Shown piece by piece: positions 22,997-32,287 of a stretch of 64,000 nt of DNA (the stretch's first letter is position 1; every line of letters begins with the position of its first letter). The notes under the pieces are model-generated. The model was not told where the DNA came from and made no database searches. It saw only the letters and a list, made by a program, of their open reading frames with translations. The DNA comes from an uncultured delta proteobacterium (GTDB taxonomy: Bacteria; Desulfobacterota; Desulfobacteria; Desulfobacterales; JAHEIW01). The stretch spans positions 1-64,000 of the forward strand of contig CAVPNL010000009.1 of assembly GCA_963706575.1 (NCBI GenBank). The letters run 5' to 3'. A program made the translations under genes and the position numbers.

Positions 22997-23304
22997 ATTC
23001 GCTTAAAAATATAAGGATTATGGATTACATCCGACAAAAATCCACGCCATATTATATTTAAAGACCGGACCGGGTCAAGAGTGAATCGGTGGAAATCAGA
23101 CGGCATGATTTGAGCACTCGAAACCGAGCCGTAACCGGCAATGGCCCGTTTTGCCGGTCGCTGAGAACAGATAGAATTTGAATACCAATGGGTTGATTTT
23201 TGCTTGACCCCATAATTCTTTGTCTTTATAGTGCAGTTCTTGCGTCAATTGGAGCTTGGGAAGGATTCATTTAGCTACTAATATAATATAAAAAGGAGTA
23301 AAAC

Positions 23305-24462
23305 ATGCGAATTATGAAAGTATTCATCATCATTGGATTGTCTCTCGTTCTGGCCGCCGGTGTGGGGTTGGCCGCGGACAAAAAACTGAAAGCCGGCTTT
23401 ATTTATGTGGGGCCGGTGGGAGACTATGGATGGTCCCATGCCCATGACATGGGCCGCAAGTTCGCCGAGCAGAAACTCCCCTGGCTGGAAACCGTCTTTA
23501 TCGAGTCGGTGGCCGAAGCCGATTCTTCCCGTATTATCGACCGCCTCATTCAGGGTGAAAAAGTCGATGTCGTTTTTACGACCAGCTTCGGTTACATGGA
23601 TGACACGGTCAAGGCCGGCAGCCGATACCCGGATAAAAAATTTATGCACTGCTCGGGCTTTAAGCAGGCCCCGAATGTGGGTACGTATTTCGGCGATCTT
23701 TACCAGGCCTATTATCTCAACGGACTGATGGCCGGGGCCCTGACCAAAACCGATAAAATCGGCTACGTCGGCGCGTTTCCGATTCCGGAGGTGGTCCGCC
23801 ATATCGATGCCTTCGCCCTGGGGATCAAAGCCACCAATCCCAAAGCAAAAGTTCACGTGAAGTGGATCTTTGCCTGGTACGGTCCGGACAAAGCCAGGGA
23901 AGCGGCCGAAGCCCTGATTGCCGAGGGATGTGACAACCTGGCATTTACCGAAGACACGCCGGCTGTCATCGAAGTGGGCCAGGAGCACAGCGAAAAGGGC
24001 AAGCAAATTTACACATACAGCCATTACAGCCCCATGCAGCAGTACGGAAAGGATTCGGTGGTGTCCGGACAGCTCATCGACTGGGGTGTCATGTATGTCA
24101 AAATTTTAAGCGATCTTTATAACGGCACCTGGAAACCTGTGGACTATTGGTGGCTGAGCCGTGAAAACGCTGTTATTCTTGGCGGCTCCTTCGATAACAT
24201 CATCAACCCGAAATTTGCCGGAGACTTGAAAGCGGCGATGGTGGAAACGAAAGATTTCGGCAAGATCTCAGTTTTTGAGCTTATCACCAAACGTTACGAC
24301 CAGATGAAAACCGGCGGTCCGGAGCTATTCGATCCGTTTACCGGCCCGATCGACGACAATACCGGCAAGCTTCAGATAAAAGCGGGAGCGAAAGCCTCCA
24401 AGGGCGACCTGCTGAGCATCATGTATTACGTCGATAATGTCGTCGGCAGCATCCCGAAATAA
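23305..24462 (+). CDS. BMP family (purine/nucleoside) ABC transporter substrate-binding protein
   Basis: AGFIYVGPVGDYGWSHAH, FTTSFGYM and KIGYVGAFPIPEV. Confidence 0.93.
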   Translation: MRIMKVFIIIGLSLVLAAGVGLAADKKLKAGFIYVGPVGDYGWSHAHDMGRKFAEQKLPWLETVFIESVAEADSSRIIDRLIQGEKVDVVFTTSFGYMDDTVKAGSRYPDKKFMHCSGFKQAPNVGTYFGDLYQAYYLNGLMAGALTKTDKIGYVGAFPIPEVVRHIDAFALGIKATNPKAKVHVKWIFAWYGPDKAREAAEALIAEGCDNLAFTEDTPAVIEVGQEHSEKGKQIYTYSHYSPMQQYGKDSVVSGQLIDWGVMYVKILSDLYNGTWKPVDYWWLSRENAVILGGSFDNIINPKFAGDLKAAMVETKDFGKISVFELITKRYDQMKTGGPELFDPFTGPIDDNTGKLQIKAGAKASKGDLLSIMYYVDNVVGSIPK

Positions 24463-24477
24463 TGTTACTTGACAACT

Positions 24478-24518
24478 AAAACGGGGAGTCTGTGCATGCG
24501 GCTCCCCGTTTGTTTTTT
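24478..24518 (+). terminator. Hairpin plus U-tract after the BMP gene
   Basis: aaacggggag...ctccccgttt followed by tgtttttt. Confidence 0.7.
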
Positions 24519-24586
24519 CATGGCCGTTCAAGGGTTCAGAGTTTCGGGGTTCAGGGTTCAAAACTTAAAGTTTAGCGGCATACCAA

Positions 24587-26102
24587 ATGGAAAAGATCAA
24601 AAGCCTTGAAATGGTAAATATTGCTAAATCATTTCAAGGTGTTATTGCCAATTCTGATATCAATATTTCCATCAGAGAAGGGGAAATCCTGGGCCTTCTG
24701 GGTGAAAACGGCGCCGGCAAAACCACGCTGATGAATATTTTATACGGCCTTTATCAGCCGGATTCCGGGGCCATCCGCATCAACGGAAAAAGCATCCGTA
24801 TCAAATCACCGGTTGATTCCCGGCACTATGGTATCGGCATGGTTCATCAGCATTTTATGCTGATCCAGAATCACTCCGTCGCTGAAAATATTGCCCTGGG
24901 CTATGAAATGTCCCCTTTGATGTTTCCCCAGCGAAAAATCAGCGACAGCATTCTCTCTTTTTCTCAGAAATTTAATTTTAATATCGATCCTTCCAAAAAG
25001 GTCTGGCAATTATCGGCCGGTGAACAGCAGCGGGTCGAAATCATCAAAGCCCTGATCAACGGTGCGGATTTGCTCGATCCTGGATGAACCCACCTCGGTG
25101 CTGACCTCCCAGGAAACCCAGGATCTTTTTCAAAATCTGAAAGAAATGAAAACTCAGGGACATCTGATTATTCTGATCAGCCACAAGCTGGACGAAATCC
25201 TGGAGATTTGCGATCGGGTTACGGTGTTGCAAAAGGGGCGCATCGTCGGTGAGGCCCAAACCGCAGATGTTGATAAAAAAAGTCTGGCGCGCATGATGAT
25301 CGGCAGAGACATCATCTTTCAAATCGAAAAAGAACCCATGGAAAGAAGCGGCAAGGTCATTACCGTTGAGAATATTGTCGTTCGAGACGATAAAGACCTG
25401 GAAGCCGTCAAAGGGATCTCTTTTGATATCTTTCGTAATGAAATTTTCGGCATCGCCGGTGTCTCCGGAAACGGCCAACGGGAGCTGGTGGAAGCCATCA
25501 CGGGCTTGCGAGTCGTGGAATCCGGCAAAATCGCCATCGACAGCAACGACATCACCAATGAATCGGTGCGCTGCATCTACAACAGCGGGATAGCCCACGT
25601 TCCGGAAGAACGCATGAAATTTGGAATCGCCCCCGGCCTGTGCCTGTATGACAACGCCATTTTAAAACAGCACCACAAGCAAAAGTATTCCAATAAATTA
25701 TTTCTGGCCTACAGCAAAATCAAGCGGCATGCGCAATCCCTGCTTTCCGATTTTAAGGTGATGGCGCCGTCAATCAATGTTCAAACAAAGAACCTGTCCG
25801 GCGGTAATATCCAAAAACTGATTCTGGGCCGGGAAATCAGTGAAGATCCATACCTGCTGGTGGCCTCCCACCCGACGTACGGGCTCGACGTCGGCGCAAC
25901 GGAATATCTTCGCAAACAGCTGTTGCAACGCCGCAGGGAAGGCGGTGCCGTTTTACTCGTTTCTGAGGATCTGGAAGAAATCTTTGAACTTTGTGATCGT
26001 ATTGCGGTGATGTTTCAGGGTGAATTCATGGGCATTTTAAACAGTGACGATCCGCGCTTGAATGATATTGGGCTGATGATGGCTGGTTCATTGCGCCTTT
26101 AG
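24587..26102 (+). CDS. Nucleoside/sugar ABC transporter ATPase (two ABC domains), one frameshift near 25075
   Basis: GENGAGKTT, LSAGEQQRVE and LSGGNIQK. Walker B DLLILDEPT is restored by removing one base. Confidence 0.92.
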
Positions 26103-26125
26103 TGCGCCGGTGTTGGAGTGCAAAC

Positions 26126-27211
26126 ATGTTAAAATTGAAGGTTACCGACCGAATCGACATCCTGCCAAAGCATTCATTCCTGTCGCTTGTGGGTTCACTG
26201 GCAGCCGGACTTCTGGCAATCAGTGCTATCTTTTTATTCTCCGGGGTCAATCCGCTGTACGCCATTTTCAAAATTTTCAGTGGATCCTTCGGCAGCATGT
26301 ACGGTATCAAGGAAACCGTCACAAAAGCGATCCCGCTGATTCTGATCGGTGGCGGTCTGGCGGTGGCCTTTCGCGCCAAATTCTGGAATATCGGAGCCGA
26401 GAGTCAGCTGCTGATGGGAGCAATTTTCGGCACCTGGGTGGGACTGAACTGGGGGCCGCATCTCCCGTGGCCCATTATCGTGCCCCTGATGTTTCTGGCG
26501 GGGTTTATCGGCGGCGCCATCTGGGGGTTGATCCCGGCAATTCTGAAGATAAAATTTTCGATTAATGAAGTCATATCAACCCTGATGTTAAATTACATCT
26601 GCAACGAATTTATGAAGCTTCTGATCGTCGGACCCTGGCGGGGCAAAACAAAACACGGCTTTCCCTACACCGATGACCTGCCGCTTTCCGCAACCCTGTC
26701 GGTGCTTCCCGGCTCCCGGATTCATTATGCAACCCTGATCGTCGCCGTTGTCGCCGTAATTTTACTGGGGATTGCGATCTATAAGACCCGTTTCGGCTAT
26801 GAAGTCCGCGTCATCGGCGAAAATCCTGACGCCGCCAGATATTCGGGCATCGATTTTTTTAAAACCACATTGATTATCATGGTCATCAGCGGCGGAATGG
26901 CCGGTCTGGCGGGTGTCGGTGAGGCCGCCGGTATCCACCATTATTTGAGCTATCCGGAGTCCATATCATCCGGCTACGGCTACACCGCAATTATCGTTGC
27001 CTGGCTGGCAAAGCTAAACCCGCTTTATGTTATCCTGTCTGCTCTTTTCTTCGCCGGTATTCTCGTCGGGGGCGATGCCATTCAGATTTCCCTGGGATTG
27101 CCGGCTGCAACCGTGCAGGTTTTTAACGGTACCCTGCTGGTTTTTTTGATTATGGGCGAATATTTCCTCAAAAACCGGGTAACGTTTCACTGGGATCCGA
27201 AAAGGAATTAG
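26126..27211 (+). CDS. ABC transporter permease
   Basis: Multi-TM protein with WNIGAESQ, NEVISTLMLNY and GYGYTAIIVA. Confidence 0.92.
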   Translation: MLKLKVTDRIDILPKHSFLSLVGSLAAGLLAISAIFLFSGVNPLYAIFKIFSGSFGSMYGIKETVTKAIPLILIGGGLAVAFRAKFWNIGAESQLLMGAIFGTWVGLNWGPHLPWPIIVPLMFLAGFIGGAIWGLIPAILKIKFSINEVISTLMLNYICNEFMKLLIVGPWRGKTKHGFPYTDDLPLSATLSVLPGSRIHYATLIVAVVAVILLGIAIYKTRFGYEVRVIGENPDAARYSGIDFFKTTLIIMVISGGMAGLAGVGEAAGIHHYLSYPESISSGYGYTAIIVAWLAKLNPLYVILSALFFAGILVGGDAIQISLGLPAATVQVFNGTLLVFLIMGEYFLKNRVTFHWDPKRN

Positions 27212-27213
27212 CC

Positions 27214-28134
27214 TTGGAAGATATTATTATCTCTGTAGCGCAGCGAACATTGGTGGCCGGCACGCCGCTGCTTTTAGGGACTATCGGTGAAGTGATCTGC
27301 GAACGTTCGGGAATACTAAATCTGGGGGTTGAAGGCGTCATGTCCATCGGTGCGGTTACCGCATTTATTGTAACCTTTGTAACCGGCAATCCGTGGTTGG
27401 GGCTGGTGGCGGCCATTATTGCCGCGTCCCTGATTTCTGTTATTCACGCCTTTGCTTCGATTACCCTGCAGGCCAGTCAGGTCGTATCGGGATTGGCCCT
27501 GACCATGCTGGGTCTGGGTATATCCGGGATTGTGGGAAAATCCTATATCGGCAAACCCCTTACCATTAAGATGCAGAATTGGGCGATACCGGCTTTAGCG
27601 GACATACCGATTTTGGGCCCGATATTATTTAATCACAGCCCTTTTTTTTATATGGCGATTGCACTGGCGGTCATCGCCTGGTTTACGCTGGAATATACCC
27701 GGCTCGGGATTACCGTCCGTTCGGCCGGCGAAAATCCAAGGGCAACCGAAGCCCAGGGCGTTAACGTTTATCGGGTGCGCTATTGGTGTGTCATCATCGG
27801 CGGCGCCTTCTCCGGTATGGCCGGGGCGCATCTTTCCACCTCTTACAGCAAATCATGGATTGAAGGCATGATCGCCGGCAGAGGATGGATCGTTATCGCG
27901 CTGACCATCTTTGCGTTATGGAACCCGATGCGGGCAATGATCGGGGCCTTCTTGTTCGGCGGAATCTTCGTCATTCAGTATTTGCTTCAACCCTTAGGCA
28001 TATCCCCGAATTTTCTGGCCATGCTGCCCTATATTTCTACGTTGTTGGTACTTTTCATCGGTGCGCTGCGGGATAGCCGCAAGATGAACGCGCCGGCCAT
28101 GCTGGCGGAACCTTACAGGCGCGGGGAACGCTGA
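27214..28134 (+). CDS. ABC transporter permease
   Basis: ERSGILNLGVEG, SAGENP and AGRGWIVIAL. Confidence 0.92.
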   Translation: MEDIIISVAQRTLVAGTPLLLGTIGEVICERSGILNLGVEGVMSIGAVTAFIVTFVTGNPWLGLVAAIIAASLISVIHAFASITLQASQVVSGLALTMLGLGISGIVGKSYIGKPLTIKMQNWAIPALADIPILGPILFNHSPFFYMAIALAVIAWFTLEYTRLGITVRSAGENPRATEAQGVNVYRVRYWCVIIGGAFSGMAGAHLSTSYSKSWIEGMIAGRGWIVIALTIFALWNPMRAMIGAFLFGGIFVIQYLLQPLGISPNFLAMLPYISTLLVLFIGALRDSRKMNAPAMLAEPYRRGER

Positions 28135-28328
28135 TCGAAGAAAGTATTGACTTTTCCAGTGAACTGTGATGGATAAACTCACTTAATTTTTGTTTGCGGT
28201 TGTATCATTTCCCATATAAATACCACCACTTGTCGCCGCGTCTCTTGATCTGCTGTTTTCTGCATGCATAGCGGCCTTGATTGCAGCCACCAAAACAGAA
28301 ACTGGACCATATACCAAGGAGGCATAAA

Positions 28329-28766
28329 TTGATTGGTATTGAGAACATAACCAACAATAACGGATGGGCCATGGCGGCGGTTGGCGCCACGATCGTATTC
28401 TCGGGCCTGGTTGTATTATCTTTTGCTATTTCCCAAATTCACAAATTGCTTAAGCTCTGGGATGACAGAGAAAAACTCATAGAACGATTCAAAAAAAAGA
28501 CGCCACCTGTTGTTACCGAAAAAATCGATGCTGCTGCTTACTCGGAACGCCATCTGCCGTCTATTGATGAGCTGGCCAGCGCTTTCAAACCCCTGGTTGA
28601 CCAGTTGGAAGAATCCTTTAAGCTTTCACAACTATTTGAAATTGCAAATAAAAACGACATTCCCCACCCGCATCTGTCGATACAGCGGCTGCAGGAGGCC
28701 GACATATTGGTCGCCCAGGGGGATGGCACGTTTACCTGGAATAAACAAAAGGAAATTAAGGCTTAA
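28329..28766 (+). CDS. OadG-family sodium-pumping decarboxylase gamma subunit with C-terminal extension
   Basis: Single TM GATIVFSGLVVL, TTG start after GGAGG, directly upstream of the beta subunit. Confidence 0.7.
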   Translation: MIGIENITNNNGWAMAAVGATIVFSGLVVLSFAISQIHKLLKLWDDREKLIERFKKKTPPVVTEKIDAAAYSERHLPSIDELASAFKPLVDQLEESFKLSQLFEIANKNDIPHPHLSIQRLQEADILVAQGDGTFTWNKQKEIKA

Positions 28767-28769
28767 ACA

Positions 28770-29897
28770 ATGCTTGATCTATTTTTTCAGTTTTTAACAA
28801 ATACCGGTTATTATTTAGCAGACTATCGCCATTACATCATGATTGTGGTGGGCAGTACGTTTCTCTATCTCGGCACCGCCAAAAAATACGAACCCCTGCT
28901 ACTGGTTCCCATCGGCTTTGGCATTTTAGTGGGTAATATTCCTTTTTTCAAAGGGTTTGGAATCGGCATCTATGAACCCAACAGCGTTCTGCACTATCTT
29001 TACTTCGGCGTAACGACGGGCGTCTATCCTTCGATTGTGTTTCTGGGTTTAGGGGCCATGACCGATTTTTCATCCCTATTGGCCCAGCCGAAACTCATGC
29101 TCTTGGGTGCAGCAGCCCAGATGGGGATATATTTTACCCTGTTGGGGGCCTTGTTTTTCGGGTTTGCTCCCAGGGAAGCTGCCTCGATTGCCATTATCGG
29201 CGGGGCCGACGGCCCGACATCCATATTTTTAACGGCCAAGCTTGCGCCGCAGCTCATCGGACCGATTGCGATCGCGGCCTATTCTTATATGGCATTAATC
29301 CCGGTAATTCAGCCACCGATCATGCTCCTGCTAACCACCCGGAAAGAGCGGTTAATCAAAATGCCGCCGACCCGCAAAGTTTCAAGAAAGGAACTTCTGA
29401 TATTCCCGGTGGTGGGCGTCTTGCTGTGCTGTTTTTTGGCCCCGACCGCACTGCCGCTGCTGGGAATGCTGTTTTTAGGAAACTTTTTAAAAGAATGCGG
29501 CGTGGTGAATCGTCTGGCCAATACCGCGCAATCCGCCATCATCGATACCGCCACGATCTTTCTTGGCTTTACAGTCGGCTGCAGCACCCAGGCCGATGTA
29601 TTTCTGACACCAAAATCGTTGGGAATATTCTTTCTGGGAGCGGTTGCATTTTCAATTGCCACGGCCTCCGGGGTCATTTTTGCAAAAATTATGAACCTGT
29701 TTATTAAAGATAAAATCAACCCGCTGCTGGGCGCGGCTGGCGTATCCGCCGTGCCCGGTTCCGCCCGGGAAGTTCATTTGATGGGTTTGAAAGAGGACCC
29801 GACGAACTTTCTGCTGATGCATGGAATGGCGTGTAACTCATCGGGTGTTATCGGCTCGGCGATTTGCGCCGGAATTTTGTGGAGTTTTTTCATCTAA
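28770..29897 (+). CDS. oadB: Sodium ion-translocating decarboxylase beta subunit
   Basis: YEPLLLVPIGFG, IIGGADGPTSIF, AAYSYMAL and NPLLGAAGVSAVP. Confidence 0.93.
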   Translation: MLDLFFQFLTNTGYYLADYRHYIMIVVGSTFLYLGTAKKYEPLLLVPIGFGILVGNIPFFKGFGIGIYEPNSVLHYLYFGVTTGVYPSIVFLGLGAMTDFSSLLAQPKLMLLGAAAQMGIYFTLLGALFFGFAPREAASIAIIGGADGPTSIFLTAKLAPQLIGPIAIAAYSYMALIPVIQPPIMLLLTTRKERLIKMPPTRKVSRKELLIFPVVGVLLCCFLAPTALPLLGMLFLGNFLKECGVVNRLANTAQSAIIDTATIFLGFTVGCSTQADVFLTPKSLGIFFLGAVAFSIATASGVIFAKIMNLFIKDKINPLLGAAGVSAVPGSAREVHLMGLKEDPTNFLLMHGMACNSSGVIGSAICAGILWSFFI

Positions 29898-29898
29898 T

Positions 29899-30052
29899 TG
29901 GGTACTGGGTATCAGGTATTGGGTAAATGCTGGAAGCCAGGTAAAACTAAAAGCCTGGTGCATGAAGCAGAGCGCAGAGCGCAAAGCGTTGAAACAGGGA
30001 ATTTCAATGAGACTTTCTTACCCTATGCCCCACGCGCTATGCACTATGCCAT
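29899..30052. repeat. Short-tandem-repeat palindrome (GCAGAGC/GCTATGC heptamers plus GGGTAYT units)
   Basis: gcagagcgcagagcgcaaagcg ... ccctatgccccacgcgctatgcactatgc, between convergent genes. Confidence 0.65.
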
Positions 30053-30053
30053 C

Positions 30054-30806
30054 CTATTGCTGAGTCGGTATTTCTTTGACACAGCGAAATCCCATCCAGT
30101 GAGCGCCGTTTACAGGGTCTTCCGGGGTCCAGCGACAGGTGATTCTTACGAAAATGGCAGAACCTAAAAAACACCCCCCCCGCATGGGCAGGCTATCTTC
30201 CAACCATCGACCCTCACACATCTCCCAGACGTTACCGCACATTCCATAGCAGCCGTATGGGCTGACTCCCCGGTCGAAGAATCCAATTTCAGAGGTGTGC
30301 CCGAGTCCGTATTCATTTGAATTACAATGTTCCGGCAAAAAATCCTGACCCCAGGCCCACCAGCGGCCGTCTTCACCGCGGCCGGCCTTTTCCCATTGCT
30401 CTTCGGAAGGAAGGGATTTTCCCGCCCAGGCGGCATATTCGCGGGCATCCTCCCAGCCCACAAATACGACCGGTTTCAGCGGTTGTCCCCACAGCGAATG
30501 ATTCAAAAGAATGGGTTCGCGATGGCCGGTAGCGTCGATAAACTTTCGGTACTGGTAATTGGTGACCGGATAGCGGTCGATGTAAAAATCTTTCAAATAT
30601 ATGGTCCTGGAAGGAACTTCTGAGGCAAAGATGGGGTTCTCATTGTTGTCCAGCAGGTATATCTGGGCCAATTCCTCTTCTGATATTCCTTTAATAAAAT
30701 CCCCGGCGGGCACCAATACCATCTCGGCACCGTCAATGGGGGCGATAATGGTCTCCGGAAAGGGACCGCTGCCCAGCATTTCGATTATGTTCCACGGGGG
30801 GGCCAT
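30054..30806 (-). CDS. Formylglycine-generating enzyme (SUMF1/FGE-sulfatase) domain protein
   Basis: YPVTNYQY, LPSEEQWEKAGRG, GMCGNVWE, RGG and GFRCV. Confidence 0.9.
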   Translation of the reverse strand: MAPPWNIIEMLGSGPFPETIIAPIDGAEMVLVPAGDFIKGISEEELAQIYLLDNNENPIFASEVPSRTIYLKDFYIDRYPVTNYQYRKFIDATGHREPILLNHSLWGQPLKPVVFVGWEDAREYAAWAGKSLPSEEQWEKAGRGEDGRWWAWGQDFLPEHCNSNEYGLGHTSEIGFFDRGVSPYGCYGMCGNVWEMCEGRWLEDSLPMRGGCFLGSAIFVRITCRWTPEDPVNGAHWMGFRCVKEIPTQQ

Positions 30807-30873
30807 GTCACCATTACCGGTCCAACATTCATTTGAATTCTAAGATAAAAACCTGATGGCAAATTACTTACAA

Positions 30874-30977
30874 CATAGAGCATAGCGCTAAGGGCATAGC
30901 GTAAAAATCTCTGCATTCGGGCAGTCGAAGTCATCTTTTACGCTATGCGCTATGCCCCTTGCGCTTTTCTCTATGCA
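30874..30977. repeat. Heptamer-repeat palindrome (GCATAGC/GCTATGC)
   Basis: catagagcatagcgctaagggcatagcgtaaaa ... ttttacgctatgcgctatgccccttgcgcttttctctatg. Confidence 0.75.
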
Positions 30978-30980
30978 TTT

Positions 30981-31331
30981 TTATATATCCGTCCCTTCTT
31001 TTTTCAGCAAATCGCGGTACCAGCAGGAAAACTCGTACATTCCTCTAAAATAATCGTCTTCGTTGACGATGCCGAGGGCGATTTCAAGTACCCCGCGTCC
31101 AAAGGAATTACTGTATTCATCAGAGCTGCGAGATTGTAAAAACTCCCTGACCAGCATCTGGGTGGTCCGTTTGGTTTTATCTTTGCGGATGTCAATCGGG
31201 TCTTTGGGTTCTTCAAACGGGTCCCATTTATCATAGCCCTTTTTTAAAATATGCTTCTGGCGACGGGGGGACATACTATCGAAAACAGCCTGTTTTCGTT
31301 TTTCGGCTTCCTCAGGAGAAAATTCGGTCAT
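30981..31331 (-). CDS. Hypothetical protein
   Basis: 116-aa ORF coupled by a 4-bp overlap to the upstream YkgJ-family gene. Confidence 0.75.
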   Translation of the reverse strand: MTEFSPEEAEKRKQAVFDSMSPRRQKHILKKGYDKWDPFEEPKDPIDIRKDKTKRTTQMLVREFLQSRSSDEYSNSFGRGVLEIALGIVNEDDYFRGMYEFSCWYRDLLKKEGTDI

Positions 31332-32029
31332 ACGGTTCTCCTTCGATGTTTTTTAGCAGGAGGCGGCTCGGGGGGCTCTTCCTCCCCCACTCCAAGATAA
31401 TCATCATCGTAAGTGGTAAGCAAGGCCATGGATAACGGTACCAACATATCCGACAATTTCAAATACCTGGATTTAAGATCCCGAATCAATTCTGCCGATA
31501 TTTGCTGGAGCTGATTGTAGACGGCATCCAGATTCACAGTCGGGTATTGCTCGCCTTTTTCAAAGCCGGATTTTCCACAGGTATGGCCCTCGCCACCAAT
31601 GGCCGTCGGTATGCCATAGAAGCGACAGGTAAGCGGACGGTTGTCGTAAAGATCGCACAAATCCGTCTGGTTTAAAAGAGGACAGCGGATCCGCTCCCGG
31701 GCCAGATCGGCAAGAATATCGTTTTCGCTTTTGCCGGCCTGTAAATCTTTATAGGCCCGGCGCTTGAGTTTGTGAACCCTGCGGTCCGCCTCATTTGCTT
31801 TTTCCAAAAGTTCGGCTTTTGCGCTTGCCCTAATTTTCTCGTTAAATTTATGGTTGATATAAAGGGCTTCGATCAGCGTTAAATCAAACAATGCATAACA
31901 GCAGTCCGTACATTTTTCCTTGCACTTCACACATTCCGCATGCGCCTGTTTGACGCGCTCAAATGCGTCATCCGCATTAGAAACCAGCGCTTCATATTTC
32001 TTAAAATAAGGTGTAAAATCAAAATCCAT
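31328..32029 (-). CDS. YkgJ family cysteine-cluster protein
   Basis: CKEKCTDCC, RCPLL and CDLYDNRPLTCRFYG. Confidence 0.88.
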   Translation of the reverse strand: MDFDFTPYFKKYEALVSNADDAFERVKQAHAECVKCKEKCTDCCYALFDLTLIEALYINHKFNEKIRASAKAELLEKANEADRRVHKLKRRAYKDLQAGKSENDILADLARERIRCPLLNQTDLCDLYDNRPLTCRFYGIPTAIGGEGHTCGKSGFEKGEQYPTVNLDAVYNQLQQISAELIRDLKSRYLKLSDMLVPLSMALLTTYDDDYLGVGEEEPPEPPPAKKHRRRTV

Positions 32030-32103
32030 AGGTCAGTTTTTTCTCCTTGTGTACTTGATAAAAACACTTTGGTTCATAGAGACAGGGTTTGCTATTAATT
32101 AAT

Positions 32104-32211
32104 AAATGACTAAAATTTAAAATGATCTAAAATGTCTAAAATTTAATCAAGAGTTAATTACTTTAAAAATTTTAGGCATTTTAGCTCATTTTAGTTCATT
32201 TTAGGCATTTC
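32104..32211. repeat. Palindrome of CTAAAAT/ATTTTAG 9-10-mer units
   Basis: aatgactaaaat..tgatctaaaatgtctaaaat followed by attttaggcattttagctcattttagttcattttaggcattt. Confidence 0.75.
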
Positions 32212-32215
32212 AAAT

Positions 32216-32231
32216 TGTTTCACGTGAAACA
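32216..32231. promoter_or_regulatory. parS site (ParB binding)
   Basis: Perfect TGTTTCACGTGAAACA. Confidence 0.92.
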
Positions 32232-32262
32232 TTAACTTTTCGCCCCTCAAAGCCGGTGCAGG

Positions 32263-32278
32263 GGTTTCACGTGAAACA
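32263..32278. promoter_or_regulatory. parS site (ParB binding)
   Basis: GGTTTCACGTGAAACA, one mismatch from consensus. Confidence 0.88.
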
Positions 32279-32287
32279 TCATCAGTA

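Noticed and set aside
23278..24024. Long antisense ORFs (also 41966-42727, 52681-53343, 55861-57792)
   Set aside because: They are shadows of well-supported genes on the opposite strand.
25056..25090. Programmed frameshift in the ABC ATPase (and likewise in ACY1 near 2477)
   Set aside because: No slippery heptamer is present. A single extra base in a conserved motif fits sequencing error.
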